DNA from: Lingula anatina
Taxonomy: Eukaryota > Animalia > Brachiopoda
Length of the DNA stretch: 64,000 nt
Direction: 5' to 3'
Assembly: GCA_051362555.1 (NCBI GenBank)
Contig: CM120643.1
Coordinates: 27,842,848-27,906,847 of the forward strand
Shown: positions 1 to 17,500 of the stretch, piece by piece
How positions within the stretch are numbered: position 1 is the first letter of the stretch
How the letters are laid out: each line of letters opens with the position of its first letter
Program-made: the position numbers and the translations under genes
The notes under the pieces: generated by a model
Seen by the model: the letters and a program-made list of their open reading frames with translations, nothing else
Told to the model about the DNA's origin: nothing
Databases searched by the model: none

Positions 1-1363
1 TCAGTATTTTTGTCATCAGTGTAGTGGTATGCTGGCATTTTCTGTATCAATATCTATTTTTCTGTGTATCAAAAATGAGAAGAAACAAAAGCATGCAGAT
101 AAGAACCTGCAAATACATTAGATAACTTACACTAGGTTTATATCTTCACTGTCCTCCTAGCTCTTATCATTTCCAAATAAACTTTCTTTCACTTAACTTT
201 TGCCAAGAATAGCCTGGGTTGTAGTATTCATCTCTAAGGTGACTTTGCCAAAATACCTTGTGGCTCTTTTACTAAGCTTTTGTTGAATTTAGTTTGACAT
301 TTTTGTGGCTTACCTGGTTACTGTAAAATAAATTCCTCACATAGTGATATATTATGTGTATTGTACTCTGATTGTCATGTATATCACAGTATGGCAAAAT
401 TTGTGACATAATTATGTAGTCAAGTTTCAATACCAAACATCAGTCCCCCACACACAGTGACACATGGAGAGAGAAACCCTTTCCCAAGGAATGAAATTTT
501 TACTTTGATCATTATGATTTAAAACTAAATCAGTAATATGTCAAATGAATGAGAAAAAACAAGGAGACATTACCAACAGTATGAATGTACCATACCCAAG
601 TGATGAGAAAGGTGAAATTTTGTCGTTTTTAAAATATAATTTTTTGGGAAGTTACCTTATTCTCAAATTCATATTGTTCAGTACAATTGCGTCTTTCTCT
701 CTCTTTTTTTTTCTATGACAAAATTCAACACAAATATGAAAAACCTGGATGGCACAAAGGAGGGGTGGGGGGCAAAAATTAGCGCAAAAGAAATCTGGAT
801 GAAGATCCATTCTTCTGAAGGAGGGGCACAATTTCCTTTCTTTTGTGTTGTAAATGTTATTTTTAAATTCATTGCAACATGTCCCTTTTAGTTAAAAGCA
901 GGTGATGATGATGAACTAGTAGACTATAAATAGAATTATCATGAGCACCTTTAAACTTCCATTTTCTCTATTCACACTGAAGAATTCAATATTGATAACA
1001 TCACACAGAATACAATTGTGCATATTCTCTCCTTTACTAAAATATTCCCTTTTACAAAATGACCATTGAAGAGGTAACACAACCAATAGGAATAAGTCCT
1101 GAACTACAACATTTCTGACAAGATGGGCACTTCTGAGCACAAGGAATCACGATGATGAAACTTTTGAGCAACAAACAAATACCAACAATGATTTTAACTG
1201 TTACAAACAGTAAAAATGAATAAAAAGCAGTTTGAATTCACAAGAATATTTAACAAGTAAAATATTACCCTGGCACCACTACAGTAACACAAGTATGTTT
1301 TGATTGCTTTAACCTTTTTTTTTTCATGCAAAATATATATTCCAGATATTCAGTAGTTAAACC

Positions 1364-1406
<43 letters not shown>

Positions 1407-2106
1407 GGGGGGGGGGGGAGGGGGGGCAACACCAGTTTGACACCCTGATGTTTACACTTCAGCAGAGCTAAGTAGGGAAGTTACAATCTGAATCTGAAAT
1501 TCAGGATATGTGCACTTAGTACTGAAACTGGGGGTATTGTGCATTACAGCAATGATAAGACCATCAAAAATAGTTATATCTGGATGCCTGACTTATGTTT
1601 TAAGGACTTTTAGAGCACCAAAGTCAAATTTTTTTGCTCAAGGTAAGCTTCACATTAACCTTATACTACCTTCCAACCTTTTAGTATGGTAAGAAAATTA
1701 TATTTTTCACACCAGTCAGTTATGATAACATTGAAACAACCACTAAAACAATAATGTAAGTTAAAGTACACCAGGCTCTGAGGCTCAAGGTTAAGTCTGA
1801 GCCTAGCTTAGAATGTCCTTGCAACAAAGAAGGCAATATGCTTTCATTAATTAAAACTAACCTTATCTCTTAATATTTACCACGAATTGCCAGGGTTAAG
1901 TTCAATTTATCTCAAATGTTAAAATTAACTGACGTGCAAACCCATTTAGATCATTGCATTATTAGTAATAATAGTAGGTGTCAGAAAACCATATTGATTT
2001 TACGTTTGTTAAATACCAAAATGAGCAAAGAATTTGCAGAACAATTTACTTCAAGAATGATACGCAGCTATACAAAACTTTTGAGATTCTGAGCAATAAT
2101 ATGTGA

Positions 2107-2109
<3 letters not shown>

Positions 2110-2143
<34 letters not shown>
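2110..2143. repeat. (GT)n microsatellite
   Basis: Direct reading. Confidence 0.9.
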
Positions 2144-2145
<2 letters not shown>

Positions 2146-2689
2146 TGAGAGATGAAAGCAAATGCACCAATGAATGCTTGCTTGCACGTCAGTATACAGT
2201 CGCTTGTGCATGTTTGTGGGTGTGTGCATGCACAATGGAAATCTTTTTTCTTAAGCATTGGGAACCTTTAGCTGGAATAACAGACCACCCATGTGGATGT
2301 TATGTAAAGACAACAGTACATAGCAACATTGGGGTAACATATAAGTTAGTGCCCTTGTAAAATATCTTAAAACACTAGTACAGATATAATTATATGTTAA
2401 AATGTTTGTAAAATAATAATAATATTAAGAATAATAATAATAATAATAATACCTTAATCTGCACCTGTAACAATAATACAGTGTGTCAAATTATCAAGTC
2501 AAGTATTGACTCACCCATTTACGGTATGTTATATAACAATTCCCCCTTTCATAGCACAGAGCAGAACAATCTGTTTTCATCATCAAGAAGAATAAAATTC
2601 TTCACTTGGAAAGACAAATAATGAAGAGGTAGACAGAACCTCCACATACAAGAAATAAAACAGTGAATAAATAATAAAATATATCCCTG

Positions 2690-5600
2690 TTACATGTTGT
2701 CCCAGTTTTCATTTTCATATCCCAGAGCTGGCGCTGTGGATTTACAATCTCTGGACAATTCTAAAAATTGTGTCCCAATGGTGGTCAGTTTCTTGCCCAG
2801 TGTGGCCAGTTGTGAGTCCTTAGCAACCAGTGCCGCCTTCAGGGCCTTGATGTAGTGTCTGGCATGACCAAGCTCCTGTCGTAACAAGTTACATTGCACA
2901 CAAGAACTGCTATCACCAACAATATCAATGCTTTGTGCGTGGCAATGGGACTCCATTTGTGACAGTGAATTCTGGGTACAACAATTACTAGCGTGCATTG
3001 GGTCCATAGAAGAGCAGTCCTTGGAAACCATGTTCTCATTGACCATTCCATCTTCTCCTTGCTGCTGAGATTTTCTTGCCCACCTTTTGGCAGAGAGCTG
3101 AGATTCTGTGTGCAACAGCCGAGTGACCTGGGTTTGACCGACATCGTCCACAATTAAGGAGTTGGCCTGCATTTCAGACAAGCCACTGAGGTCAGCCAAT
3201 GAACTACAAGTAGAAGCTAAGGGGTCCTCAGTTTCCTCATCCATGGGGTACCCACTGCCCTCTGGTTCTCCTGTGGATTGAACAGCTGTCATAGTGGATG
3301 CACAATTATCAGCATCATATTGAGCACCATTCTGACCATAGATGTCAGCACCATTGGCAGACTTAGATGTGTAACTGGCATTTCTGTCTTCATACTCTAC
3401 ATCATACATTTCTTGCTTAATCTCAACAAAAGGGTCACTAGATTCAGCCAAAGCCTCCCCTTCAGCGTTACTGCTCTCCCTAGGCAATGCATCACTCTGC
3501 ACTGAGCTAGCCACAGTGGACTGAGAGCTCTCCCCCAGTATTTCTGTTGTGGATTTTGATCGCTCTGCATCTCTCCAAATCTCCACGTCTCCTCTTGTTA
3601 ACTCACCGTTCCTGTTGATTCCATGAGGGTGATGAAGAAGTGTCATGGCCTGTGTATCTGTTAAGTTGCTGATGTTGTCACACTTACTTGTCACAAGACC
3701 AGTTGTTGCCATCTGTTCCAAACGTTCCTCACTTTTTACCTTACTGCCTTTGATTACATAACATTCTATCCCACTGTGGCTACAATTCTGGTGTTCTGGA
3801 TCAGAGTTCATTTTCTTTGTCAGAGTTGCTTTTTTTGGAGGCTGTCTCTTCAGGAGTGGAGGGGGATTAAGGTTTTCATTTTTCCTTGGTCTGGGCTGAA
3901 AAATAAATAAAATTCATAAAATATATAAAACATAAATGATATTGCAAATACTTTTAAACAAAAAATTCAAAAATAATATTATGGTAATTTTATTATTTAA
4001 GACAAAAAAATTAAAAAAAAAAAAAACACTTGTTTTTATTTTGACATAGAGCAGTTAAAATACATAACAAACAGAAATCACTAGTTCACTAAAAATATAT
4101 GCATAAATCACAATTGGTCCATTAGCATATTATCATGTTTGTTTATATCCTTATTCAGCAATTATATCAGTTTCTGAAACAAAACTGGCCTTTTTATTTG
4201 AACCAATAATGGTGAATCATCATCCTCAAATAATAATAAGCCTTAAGGGTATTGTACCCTCTTTGTATATTATACAACATATACTAAATGCATATTTAAG
4301 ATATTGTTAAAATGGAGGTATTACTTGAAAATCACAAAAATCATTAAATATATAACAAAAATATCAAACAGCAATCATCATTATTTTAAAAGCTTAAAGT
4401 TTTTGAACAGACACAGTGCACTGAAATCTGTAAAAGCAGACACAAGGAAAAACAATACCTTCAGAACATATAAAAATCATGTTGTGATACAATTTTTTTT
4501 TTAATTGCATTTCTTACCAATAGTTTTTTAGAAATGATTCCATTGAACCCATACACATTCCCATCACATTCCTTTGTTTTTAACTCTGGGAAGACGGCCT
4601 TTACCCCCTGGATGACCTTCTTGCTGGTGACCTTGACCTTGACCTCCCGGTTGGCCTCCAACATTATTTTTGCAACAGACTGATAGCTGTCGGGATGCCT
4701 CTGGTAATGCTTTTGGAGCCTGATTAAAAAATTACATAGATGAATGGAAAAAAAAGCATTTATCAGAGTGAAAGTGGATCTTTTAAAAAAAACCCTGGAA
4801 AATGCAAGTCTCACACGCATTCAGCACTAAATAGTTACAACAGAGAGTACTACAAATAAAAGAAAAATCTTAATATTTTATCCACATTCATTATCTTTAT
4901 TTCCATTGAAAAAACTTCAATTCTGAAAAACGCAGGACTTCCCTGGTTATATGCTTTCTCTACTTGTATATAACAGCAAAGAAGGATACACAATTACCAT
5001 CTTTTCATTTCCTTCACTCCAAACTTCCTGTTCTGACTCTGGGCTCGTTTTGGCCTTCCACGTGGCCTCTTTAATATCACTCCTCCAAACGTTGAAGATT
5101 TCTTGTTGCCATGGCCACCATTTCCCCGAAGCATCTGCCCAATCTTCAGGTGGTTACATAGAGCTTGGCTCTCTGGAAGTCAGAATTTAATTTTCAAAAT
5201 AATGATTTCAATAATAATTCAAATGTGCTCTGTAATGTTAAGATTACACACAATTAAAAAATGGGTCTGAAATTCTACTCCTTGTGAAACTTAATCCAAT
5301 ATTCAGTTTTAAAAATGTGAAAGTTAAAAGTGTGGCTCTCTAAATATTATGTAAAATGAATTTTTATGATATCTGGTTTTTAAGTGTTTTACAAGTGTAC
5401 ATTTTAACATAATTGCAACACTAATTGTGTAAAAATGTAACACCTTTGTAATTAAGCCAACAAATCACTTCATCGATAAACAGATTAAAATATAAATAAA
5501 AAAACATCAATTATTTTATAATAAATAAATAAATAAATAAATAAATAAACATATTAATAAATAAAAACTACTCCCTTTCCAATCCAAACAAAGTCTCTCA

Positions 5601-6244
5601 CCAGACAAATCATCAGAGACAGCATCCTGTTTATCACCAATGGCAGAATTGCGGGGTGAGCGCCGCGTCCCAGGACTAGCTGTTGCAGCCTCGCTGTCAG
5701 TGGAAGATGTGGACAGGCTAGAGGATGTAGCAGGAAGAACATACGCCTTGATGAATGGGATGAGGTCCACAATATCGTCCATCTCTCTCTGGACCTCGTT
5801 TAGCAGACTAGCAGGGGGAGGGTAACACTAAAAACAACACAATATCAAATAACCGATGCAAAAAAAACGGTATAAAGTAAGGAAATTGAAAAAAATTGGA
5901 ATGAAACCTATCTTTCTGGACCTCTTGTAGTAGATTATATGAGCCTTGTATGATAGGATCATCTCTCTTTTTTAGCTTTTGTAACTTTTTTAGTTATATA
6001 TCAGCCATGCATGCATACATTACATTTTTACTGGTATGAAAAAAAAAAAAAAATCACCATGGAGATGTTTCCTCTTCCCTGATATCAATAACCTCTTAAC
6101 TTCTGACTGATGAAATAGGCTCAAAAATTAAATAAGCATTGGAACAACAAACCTGTCTGCCAAATAATCAATGCAAGGGGCCAGAAAAAAATAAAACCAC
6201 TAATGAGCTTTTACCTTTGGGCTTTCGACAGCAGAATTGTACAT
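2690..6244 (-). CDS. Uncharacterised nuclear protein (~612 aa) with an AT-hook, an RFX-like winged-helix domain and a C-terminal coiled coil; 5 coding exons
   Basis: Phase-consistent GT-AG exons: 6244-6215 (MYNSAVESPK, least certain), 5827-5602, 5172-4998 (KRPRGRPKR AT-hook), 4719-4518 (W|LQKHYQRHPDSY...KKVIQGVKAVFPELKTK...YGFNGI, RFX-like) and 3895-2690 (contains the 373-aa ORF; CVQC then heptad LRQELGHARHYIKALKAALVAKDSQL). Probable non-coding 5' exon with donor at ~6541. Confidence 0.7.
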
Positions 6245-6539
6245 TATGTAGATACAACAGTCATTAAGTCTTTTAGTATACACGGAATAATCTGACCCAT
6301 GTTAAACCGTGAAAAACATTCTCAGAGAATCACTTAAACATAATCCAGTCTTAGCACCCGTGATTGTACAACAAATAATATTTACTGAAAATGATCGTGT
6401 AACTATCAACAACAAGATGCTAAGAAGTCTGAATGAAATAAATGAAAATACAAACCTATTACTCCTGCATATTAATGCAAACCTTTTAAAACATAAACAC
6501 GACAACGCTTGTATTATTCAACCACAGCAGAGCGTTCTT

Positions 6540-6917
6540 ACCTATCAGTTAGTAAACCGAAATTACATGTTGCCTGATCATCTGTGACCATGAAGGTTAC
6601 CTAGTTCTAAATGTTTACAAATTGAAATCTCGAAAGATCTCGGGATATTTAATATGGATAGTCTAAATTTAGTTGACTTTCAATATTCTAGATAAGCCGA
6701 ATAGTATCACTAGAAAATCTTCATATAAAGAAAGTGAATTTTATATTTACAAAAAAACACAATTTTACAGTAAAAGTAAACTCTCGTATGTCAAGTCATG
6801 TGATCGGTACAAAATGGCGGCGCCCACAAATACCTACCCCTGATCTTTACAACTTTGTGTTTGTTAAATAAAAGCCTCTTTTTAGCGACAAATAGGGTGA
6901 ATGCCAGCCTTAAGAAG
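6540..6917. promoter_or_regulatory. Short bidirectional promoter region between the minus-strand gene and MDP1
   Basis: Divergent genes lie <700 bp apart. YY1-type AAAATGGCGGC at 6811-6821, E-box GTCATGTGAT at ~6795, TCTCGAAAGATCTCGGGA at ~6628. Confidence 0.5.
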
Positions 6918-11108
<4,191 letters not shown>

Positions 11109-14100
11109 CCATTGTTGTCTTTAGTTAATGTTAATGTTGACAAAATATATTATTTATTGATCCACAAACGTACAGAAGTAATTTGGTGTGCTTGTGTCAA
11201 AAAAAGCACCAGAAGACCGATCCATACATTTGAATTATTTTTATTCATTCATGCAAGGATTGCGTATTTAGATTTGGAATGTGATGAACATGCAGAGTCT
11301 TATTCACAGTCCAGGGAAGTTTTATAATTCTTTCATCATCTGCTGGCCATATAAACGTATAAGGTTATGATAAATTTATACATGTAGTTTACATATGTAG
11401 ATATTTTGGATTCTTACTCTGGCCTTTCAATGCTATGAATATGACAACATTGTGTCCTCCTTTCTGATGACTGACTTTATAAAGTTTGTTGAAATGATGG
11501 GTTCATATTCTTATAATCCTCTTAACCTTCATGCACAATGTATGTCACTCATGGAGGTATTTATATGTGGAGAGAAAAGGCTCATTAACCTTTTTCATCT
11601 TTTGCGGAAATACGAAGTGCGCATGACAGGAACCGCGCGCCACAGGGGTCATAGTGGTCCTCTGCTGTTTCCAGCATGGCTATGCTAGGTGTAGATGATG
11701 TACAAGGTGCGCATATAAAAAGGTCGTATGAAGCGTGCATTGCTTTCTGTCAAACTAAAAAGGTGGCTGAAGCACAGAAATGCGTAAACTGTAGGCAAGA
11801 AACAGCTATTTGGACGGAGAATCAAGCAATTAAATATTTTCTTTCTCAGTTTAGATACGATGCGCTTTACAACTAGACTTCACCTAAGCGTCCAAGCCTT
11901 GGCTGTACTTTCAATAGTGATGACGAACTAAAGCTTCAGAGTTCTTTTAAATGCTTCCGATAATAAAGATATGCGAAAGAGACTCGTTATTTTTTTATAT
12001 ATAAAATCAAAATAGCCAGTAGACTCGTACTGAGTACACAGCTTTCAAGAGTGTGGACAGGTGCGCAGGCCTACGTCTTCACAATTTTGTACATGTATAT
12101 ATGCAAGCTGTGGCGATATCACCTCATTTACCAGCAGTGTCAATTCATTACGATTTTTATGTCTTGTTTGAAGGATATCTTAATAGATTTTTAAAGTGAT
12201 AAAATGAAAAGATTTCCTGCATTGTTTCACTCGTAGCTACTGTGTATACAGGTAAACTGACACGCAGATCGTTCGTCGGTGAACTGATTAAATCGTTTGG
12301 TACCTGATGAGGCATCAGGTTCAATTGTTCGGTAAGGCGGGCGGCCACAACTACGACCTTTCCTCTGTAATTAAAACCTTTTAAGTGTTAAATAGGTGAG
12401 ACAGGAATTCTCGACTCTTTCCCAGACGATAATTAAAGTTTACCGTGTCTTACTCTAGTATATGTACAAAATTTACGACAGGTAAAAAATGTCAGCCTTT
12501 CGGTCTGACAAGTATGAAAATTTTGTCAAACTGAAACAAAAACAAAATCATAGCAAGAGGCCAAATTATTTGATTTTTAAATGTTTTCATGCGTATTTTC
12601 ATCGTTTTCAATCACAGACAATTAAATCATTCAAATAAAGTGTTTCCCACACATTTAAATTCATACTTTTCAACTATCTAAGACAGTTAAATATACGTAG
12701 GCCTACTTTAATACTAAGCATATTTGTATTACTTTACAAATACGTTGTTGGATTATGTTTATTATCCATTTTGTCTTTACCATACATGTATCATGTACGT
12801 GTAGCTTACAGAAAGGCTTTTCTGCATTTTTTGTATTTTCCAATTCTCTTGTCATTGAGTTCAGAAATAAATAACTTTTTATTTCGCCGATAACGCGTTC
12901 AACAAGAGCCGATGTACTTTCTTCTTCGTATGTCTCTGTTGATCTTGATAATATGAGCCCCGTTTGTACAAATCAGTAATAGCCTACGTATACGGGACTG
13001 AATACATAATAATAAAAATTTTATTAACGTCTCACGTTAAAAAAAAATAGAACCCACCCTGCTAAGGGTTATTAGAGACTAAAACCTGTGATGGGCCTAC
13101 AACATTTAAAATGATCAAACGCGGTGCCCTGCTTTTGATCCAAACCTGCTATATTTTCCTTTCTTTCTACCATATTTTTCATTCTAACGGGTTTGTTGGG
13201 AACTTATTAAACCTCATGTGTCGATCTCGCTTACTGTTATTGTAGTAGCGGGACAAAAAGCACGTAAACCCAGCCATGGTTTTTAGCACCGCTGTAAGTG
13301 TTTCGACGTAGAAGGGCTCCCCTACCCACAATGCAATTTCCATTTCCGGAAAAGATGAAAAAGGCTAATACTATTTTTTTTTTGTTTTAACAAAACAAAT
13401 TTTTAGTATCAGCAGGGGTGACAGTATTTCACTTGTGGATTTCTCAGGGTTATCTTCAAATAGACAGGAATAGAAAAATCTCAGTTTTGAATTAATAATT
13501 TTTGTATGGTGTTAAGTCGCAAACTCAACTGTTTTTTATTATTAGTATGGCTAACCCTGCTTGGTGAAGGACATTTTATATATTTTTCTGGTCATTTTTT
13601 TTCCTAATTAGCTTGCATATTCTTTTTCACAACAAAATACTTTTAAGTTTTTGGTCAAAATTATTTTACTTGGTCAGTAATATGAACAATGTATGAAATA
13701 TGTTAGAAAAATGTTTTTGTTTTAAATATAGCTCTTTATGTATAAATTATGTAACAAATGCTAGGCACAAAACATTAAAAATAAAATGAATGTCACTAGT
13801 ATTTATTTATTCATTATACAAGTCAAGTCACATCCATTTTAATAAATATCCTTCTTATAGCAAATAGAATATTTTGCAATAAATTAATATCGAGTTGGTT
13901 TCATAGAAAATTGTTCAAAATGGCAGACACAAATATATATAAAAAGTACAATGAGTGTCATTTGTAAATATTCATTATATAAATCAAACATCCAATATAT
14001 GTTGAATACTCTCATCATTGCAGATAACATCAGTGCCAATTTTAATATCATTACTCTATACTCTTCACATCCATTAAAGGCCTGTGGGTTGTGAAGATGA

Positions 14101-14511
14101 CATCAAACATGACGAACACTGTGGTTTTCACGGCAGATAAACATCAACATGTACTAAATAAACTGCAAACATGTGCTCTCATTGAAGTTACACTTACAAA
14201 CATGCCACTGCTTTAATACAGAACAGTCCTACACAAAAGTAATTTCCCAAAAATATTACCTTGGCTATAGTGACTGATTTTTACCATTTTTGAAAAACTG
14301 CATATTGGGTCCTTATTCTTCACATTTATGAATAAAATTGATTTCTCTTCAAAAATGAATGGAGTTTGAAAAATGCTGCATATTTTTTCTTTCACAGAAA
14401 TAAAAAAGTGAAAACTTTGGTAGAAAAATATAATGTGATGTCACAGTCCTTTGATTATGACATCACACTCCTTTCAGACATCAAAACCCTGTATGATGTA
14501 ATAGGCTAACT

Positions 14512-17500
14512 CTACCTTCTACCTTGAAATAACTCCCTAATTCGCCCACTTCCTCCAAACACCTGAGACAGTCCTCTCTGGCCTGATTGAGAACCAACAG
14601 TTAAGGATGATTCCCCAACATGTGCACTCGAATCTGAGTTAGAGTCATTTTGAGAACTAACACTGGCACTGCTTCCAGTCCTTGATGAAGATGTGTCATT
14701 CTGAGGTGTTTTACTATGTAATTGTCTCCCTAGCTGCGGCACTGAACCAAACAGAGTGGCCAGGAACCGTCTGTCTGAATTACTTGAAGTGGCACCAGCT
14801 TGAGACACTTGCTCTCCAGAGCTTTGGGGAGTTCCAGGAGTATTTTGCACTGTGGGTGTCAAGGCCTCTTGCTGCACTTGGTCATCCTGGTAGTTTTGTG
14901 ATGAAGACAACTCTTGTGCCGAGGAAGGCAGAAGAACACCACCAATTCTGAAGCCTTGAATTGGTTGTACAGGAGGAGGCACCTCCTCTGGCTTAGGCAT
15001 TCCTATAGACATAGTCACTCCAAAGTCTGGTCTGGCAGGGGTTGGAATGGCCGTCACTTTAGCCTGGCTTAACTCGGGTGGTAGTTCAGGGCTAAGGTCT
15101 ACACCTTCAAACATGCTGTCTCTCATATGAGGCGGTCTTCCTGGTTGTCTCCATGGTAGAGATGCTGCAGGGTTTACTGGTGTGGTGTGTGGGTCAGTGG
15201 TTGGGGTGGTTGAGGTTGGAACAGCTGATGTGGTAGATGGTGTGGCAGAACTGGTTTTCTTGGATGTCATAGTTGTTGGATGGAAGGTTGATGTGGCTGA
15301 TGGAGCATTGGAAGCAGTAGTGGTTGTGACAGTGGAAGTTGTCGGAGGGAGGGTAGACATGGTGGTTGTAGTTGGAACTGCTGCTGGCAGCACTGAAATG
15401 CAGATGAAAAGGTGTTAACACAATGTATGATAAATAACAGCTGAGTTTTATATTGATTTTCCACAATAAAAAATAAATATAAAATCAAGCAAATATTTTG
15501 TTTACAATTGTTGACAGTCTTTAAAAGTTCTGCATCCCTACAAGAAGTTAGCAAAACCTGACATACCTTGCACAACTTGTCGAACAACAGAAGACTGGTT
15601 GGAACAATGGTTATTGTCCAGCTTCCATTTTCTTTGAAAGGATATTTCTTCACAGGGACCATCAAATATATCCTCGGGTGTTATTTCAGTTAAAATCGAC
15701 TGCACCATGAGTAAATCAGTGAAGCAGCTCTGTGTCATGGTGGGGTTGTACATCGGGCGGAGTTCAGCCAAGTTTTCACACCTGGCCTGAACTACGTCAT
15801 TGATGGTTATCTCCGGTGCCTTGAGTTCTGTGACACGGATCAATTGATCAGCATGGGCACTCTGACCGCACCCATCGGACACTGTCCACCGTCGCTGGAT
15901 GGTCTTGAGACAAGCTGTCGTGTTCTCAGACACCACTGTGTCTGTGTAGTCCGTGACTGGATCCCTGGCCATGCTACTACAAGGTACTACAGTAGGCTCA
16001 CCTGTCTTACTGACATCTATGACCTCTCCTGGACAGATCACGATTTCAGTGTCAGCAGGTGCAATGATAGATGGCAGCACTGGTTTGATGATGATATTCT
16101 GATAGGCAGATGCACTGACTCCGCACTCATCAGTCGTGGTCCATTGTCTTTGTATAGTCCTCTGACAGGTTTGGTTGTTTTCTGATATTACACTATCAAC
16201 AAAGTTGACTGTGTTGGTTGCATTTGGATTGCACGAATGGACTGATGGGACCCCAGATCGGTCAGTGTCTATCACATCATCATCACAAGCAGCAACTTGG
16301 ATGTCAGTAGGGGGAGCAACACTAGGTGGTGCTGGAAGCACCGTTATAATCTGATCCATTGATACATTGGAGCCGCAGTCATCAACAACACTCCAACGTC
16401 TCTGAATTGTTTTTTGGCAAGTGTCAGTCTCCTCTGATAAGATGCTATCCACATAATCCATTGTAGCATTATTGGCATCGAGGTGACAAGATCTAATTGT
16501 TGGCCTGCCAGTTCTGGAAGTGCCTATACTTTCACCGGGACAAGCTGTGACGTCACTATCAGCAGGTGGAACAACTGTTGGAGGTTGGACATTGACGAAG
16601 ATAATCTGATCAACAACAACAGTGGACCCACATTCATCTATGACTGTCCACCTTCGCTGGATTTTCCTCTGACAGGTTTGGTTGTTCTTGGACATCACAG
16701 TGTCCTCATAATCCACCGTAATATTACTTGTGTCTGAATTACAAGACAGCACAGTTGGGGAACCAGTTACCTCTGTGCCAATGACATCACCATCACAAGT
16801 TGTGATCTCTGCATCCACTGGAACCAGAACAGTTGGTGGCTTGTGATTGACGGTTATTAGTTGATCATCCGTCACACTTGAGCCGCACTCATCTGTCACC
16901 ATCCATTGTCTACGGACAGTTTTTTGACAGGTTTGGTTGTTATGTGATATGACAAAATCTGTGTAGTTAGTACTGAGAGTGGCATTTGCATTACAAGACT
17001 GGAAGGTTGGGGTTCCAGTTTCCTTGCTGTGCAGGTCCTCATCTCGGCAGATGGTGATCTCAGTATCCAGAGGTGCTGTAATTGTCGGCAGAGCTGGGTT
17101 CACCAAGATCAGTTGCTCCCCCTCCACCTCATACCCACACTCATCAGATGCCAGCCATGTCCTTTGGATCGTCCGTCTGCAAGTTGCGTCATCTTCCTTG
17201 ACAACTTTGTCCATGTGGACAACTGTGATATTTTTGGAGCAGGAAAGGACCTCGGGTTTTCCTGTGTCATAGCCATCAAGTGATTCTCCTCGACACACGG
17301 TGATTTCTGTATCATTGGGTGCCTCTAGCTCTGGTGCCACCGGATTCACCACGATGGTCTGGTCGGTGGTGATAAGGGCACCACATCCGTCAGACACAGT
17401 CCAGCGCCTCTGTAATGTCTTCCGGCAATTTGTTGAATTCTCTGATATCACAGTGTCGTTGTGTTCAATGTGTATGGTTCCTGTGCTGGACTGGCAAGAC

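Noticed and set aside
1-1200. Possible minus-strand exons near the window start (splice-like sites at ~107, ~129 and ~312)
   Set aside because: I could not assemble a convincing reading frame; these may be UTR exons of a gene outside the window.
11600-13560. CpG-containing region between MDP1 and gene A as a possible extra gene or transposon
   Set aside because: Only short ORFs with no motifs, and no TIR/TSD pair I could verify.
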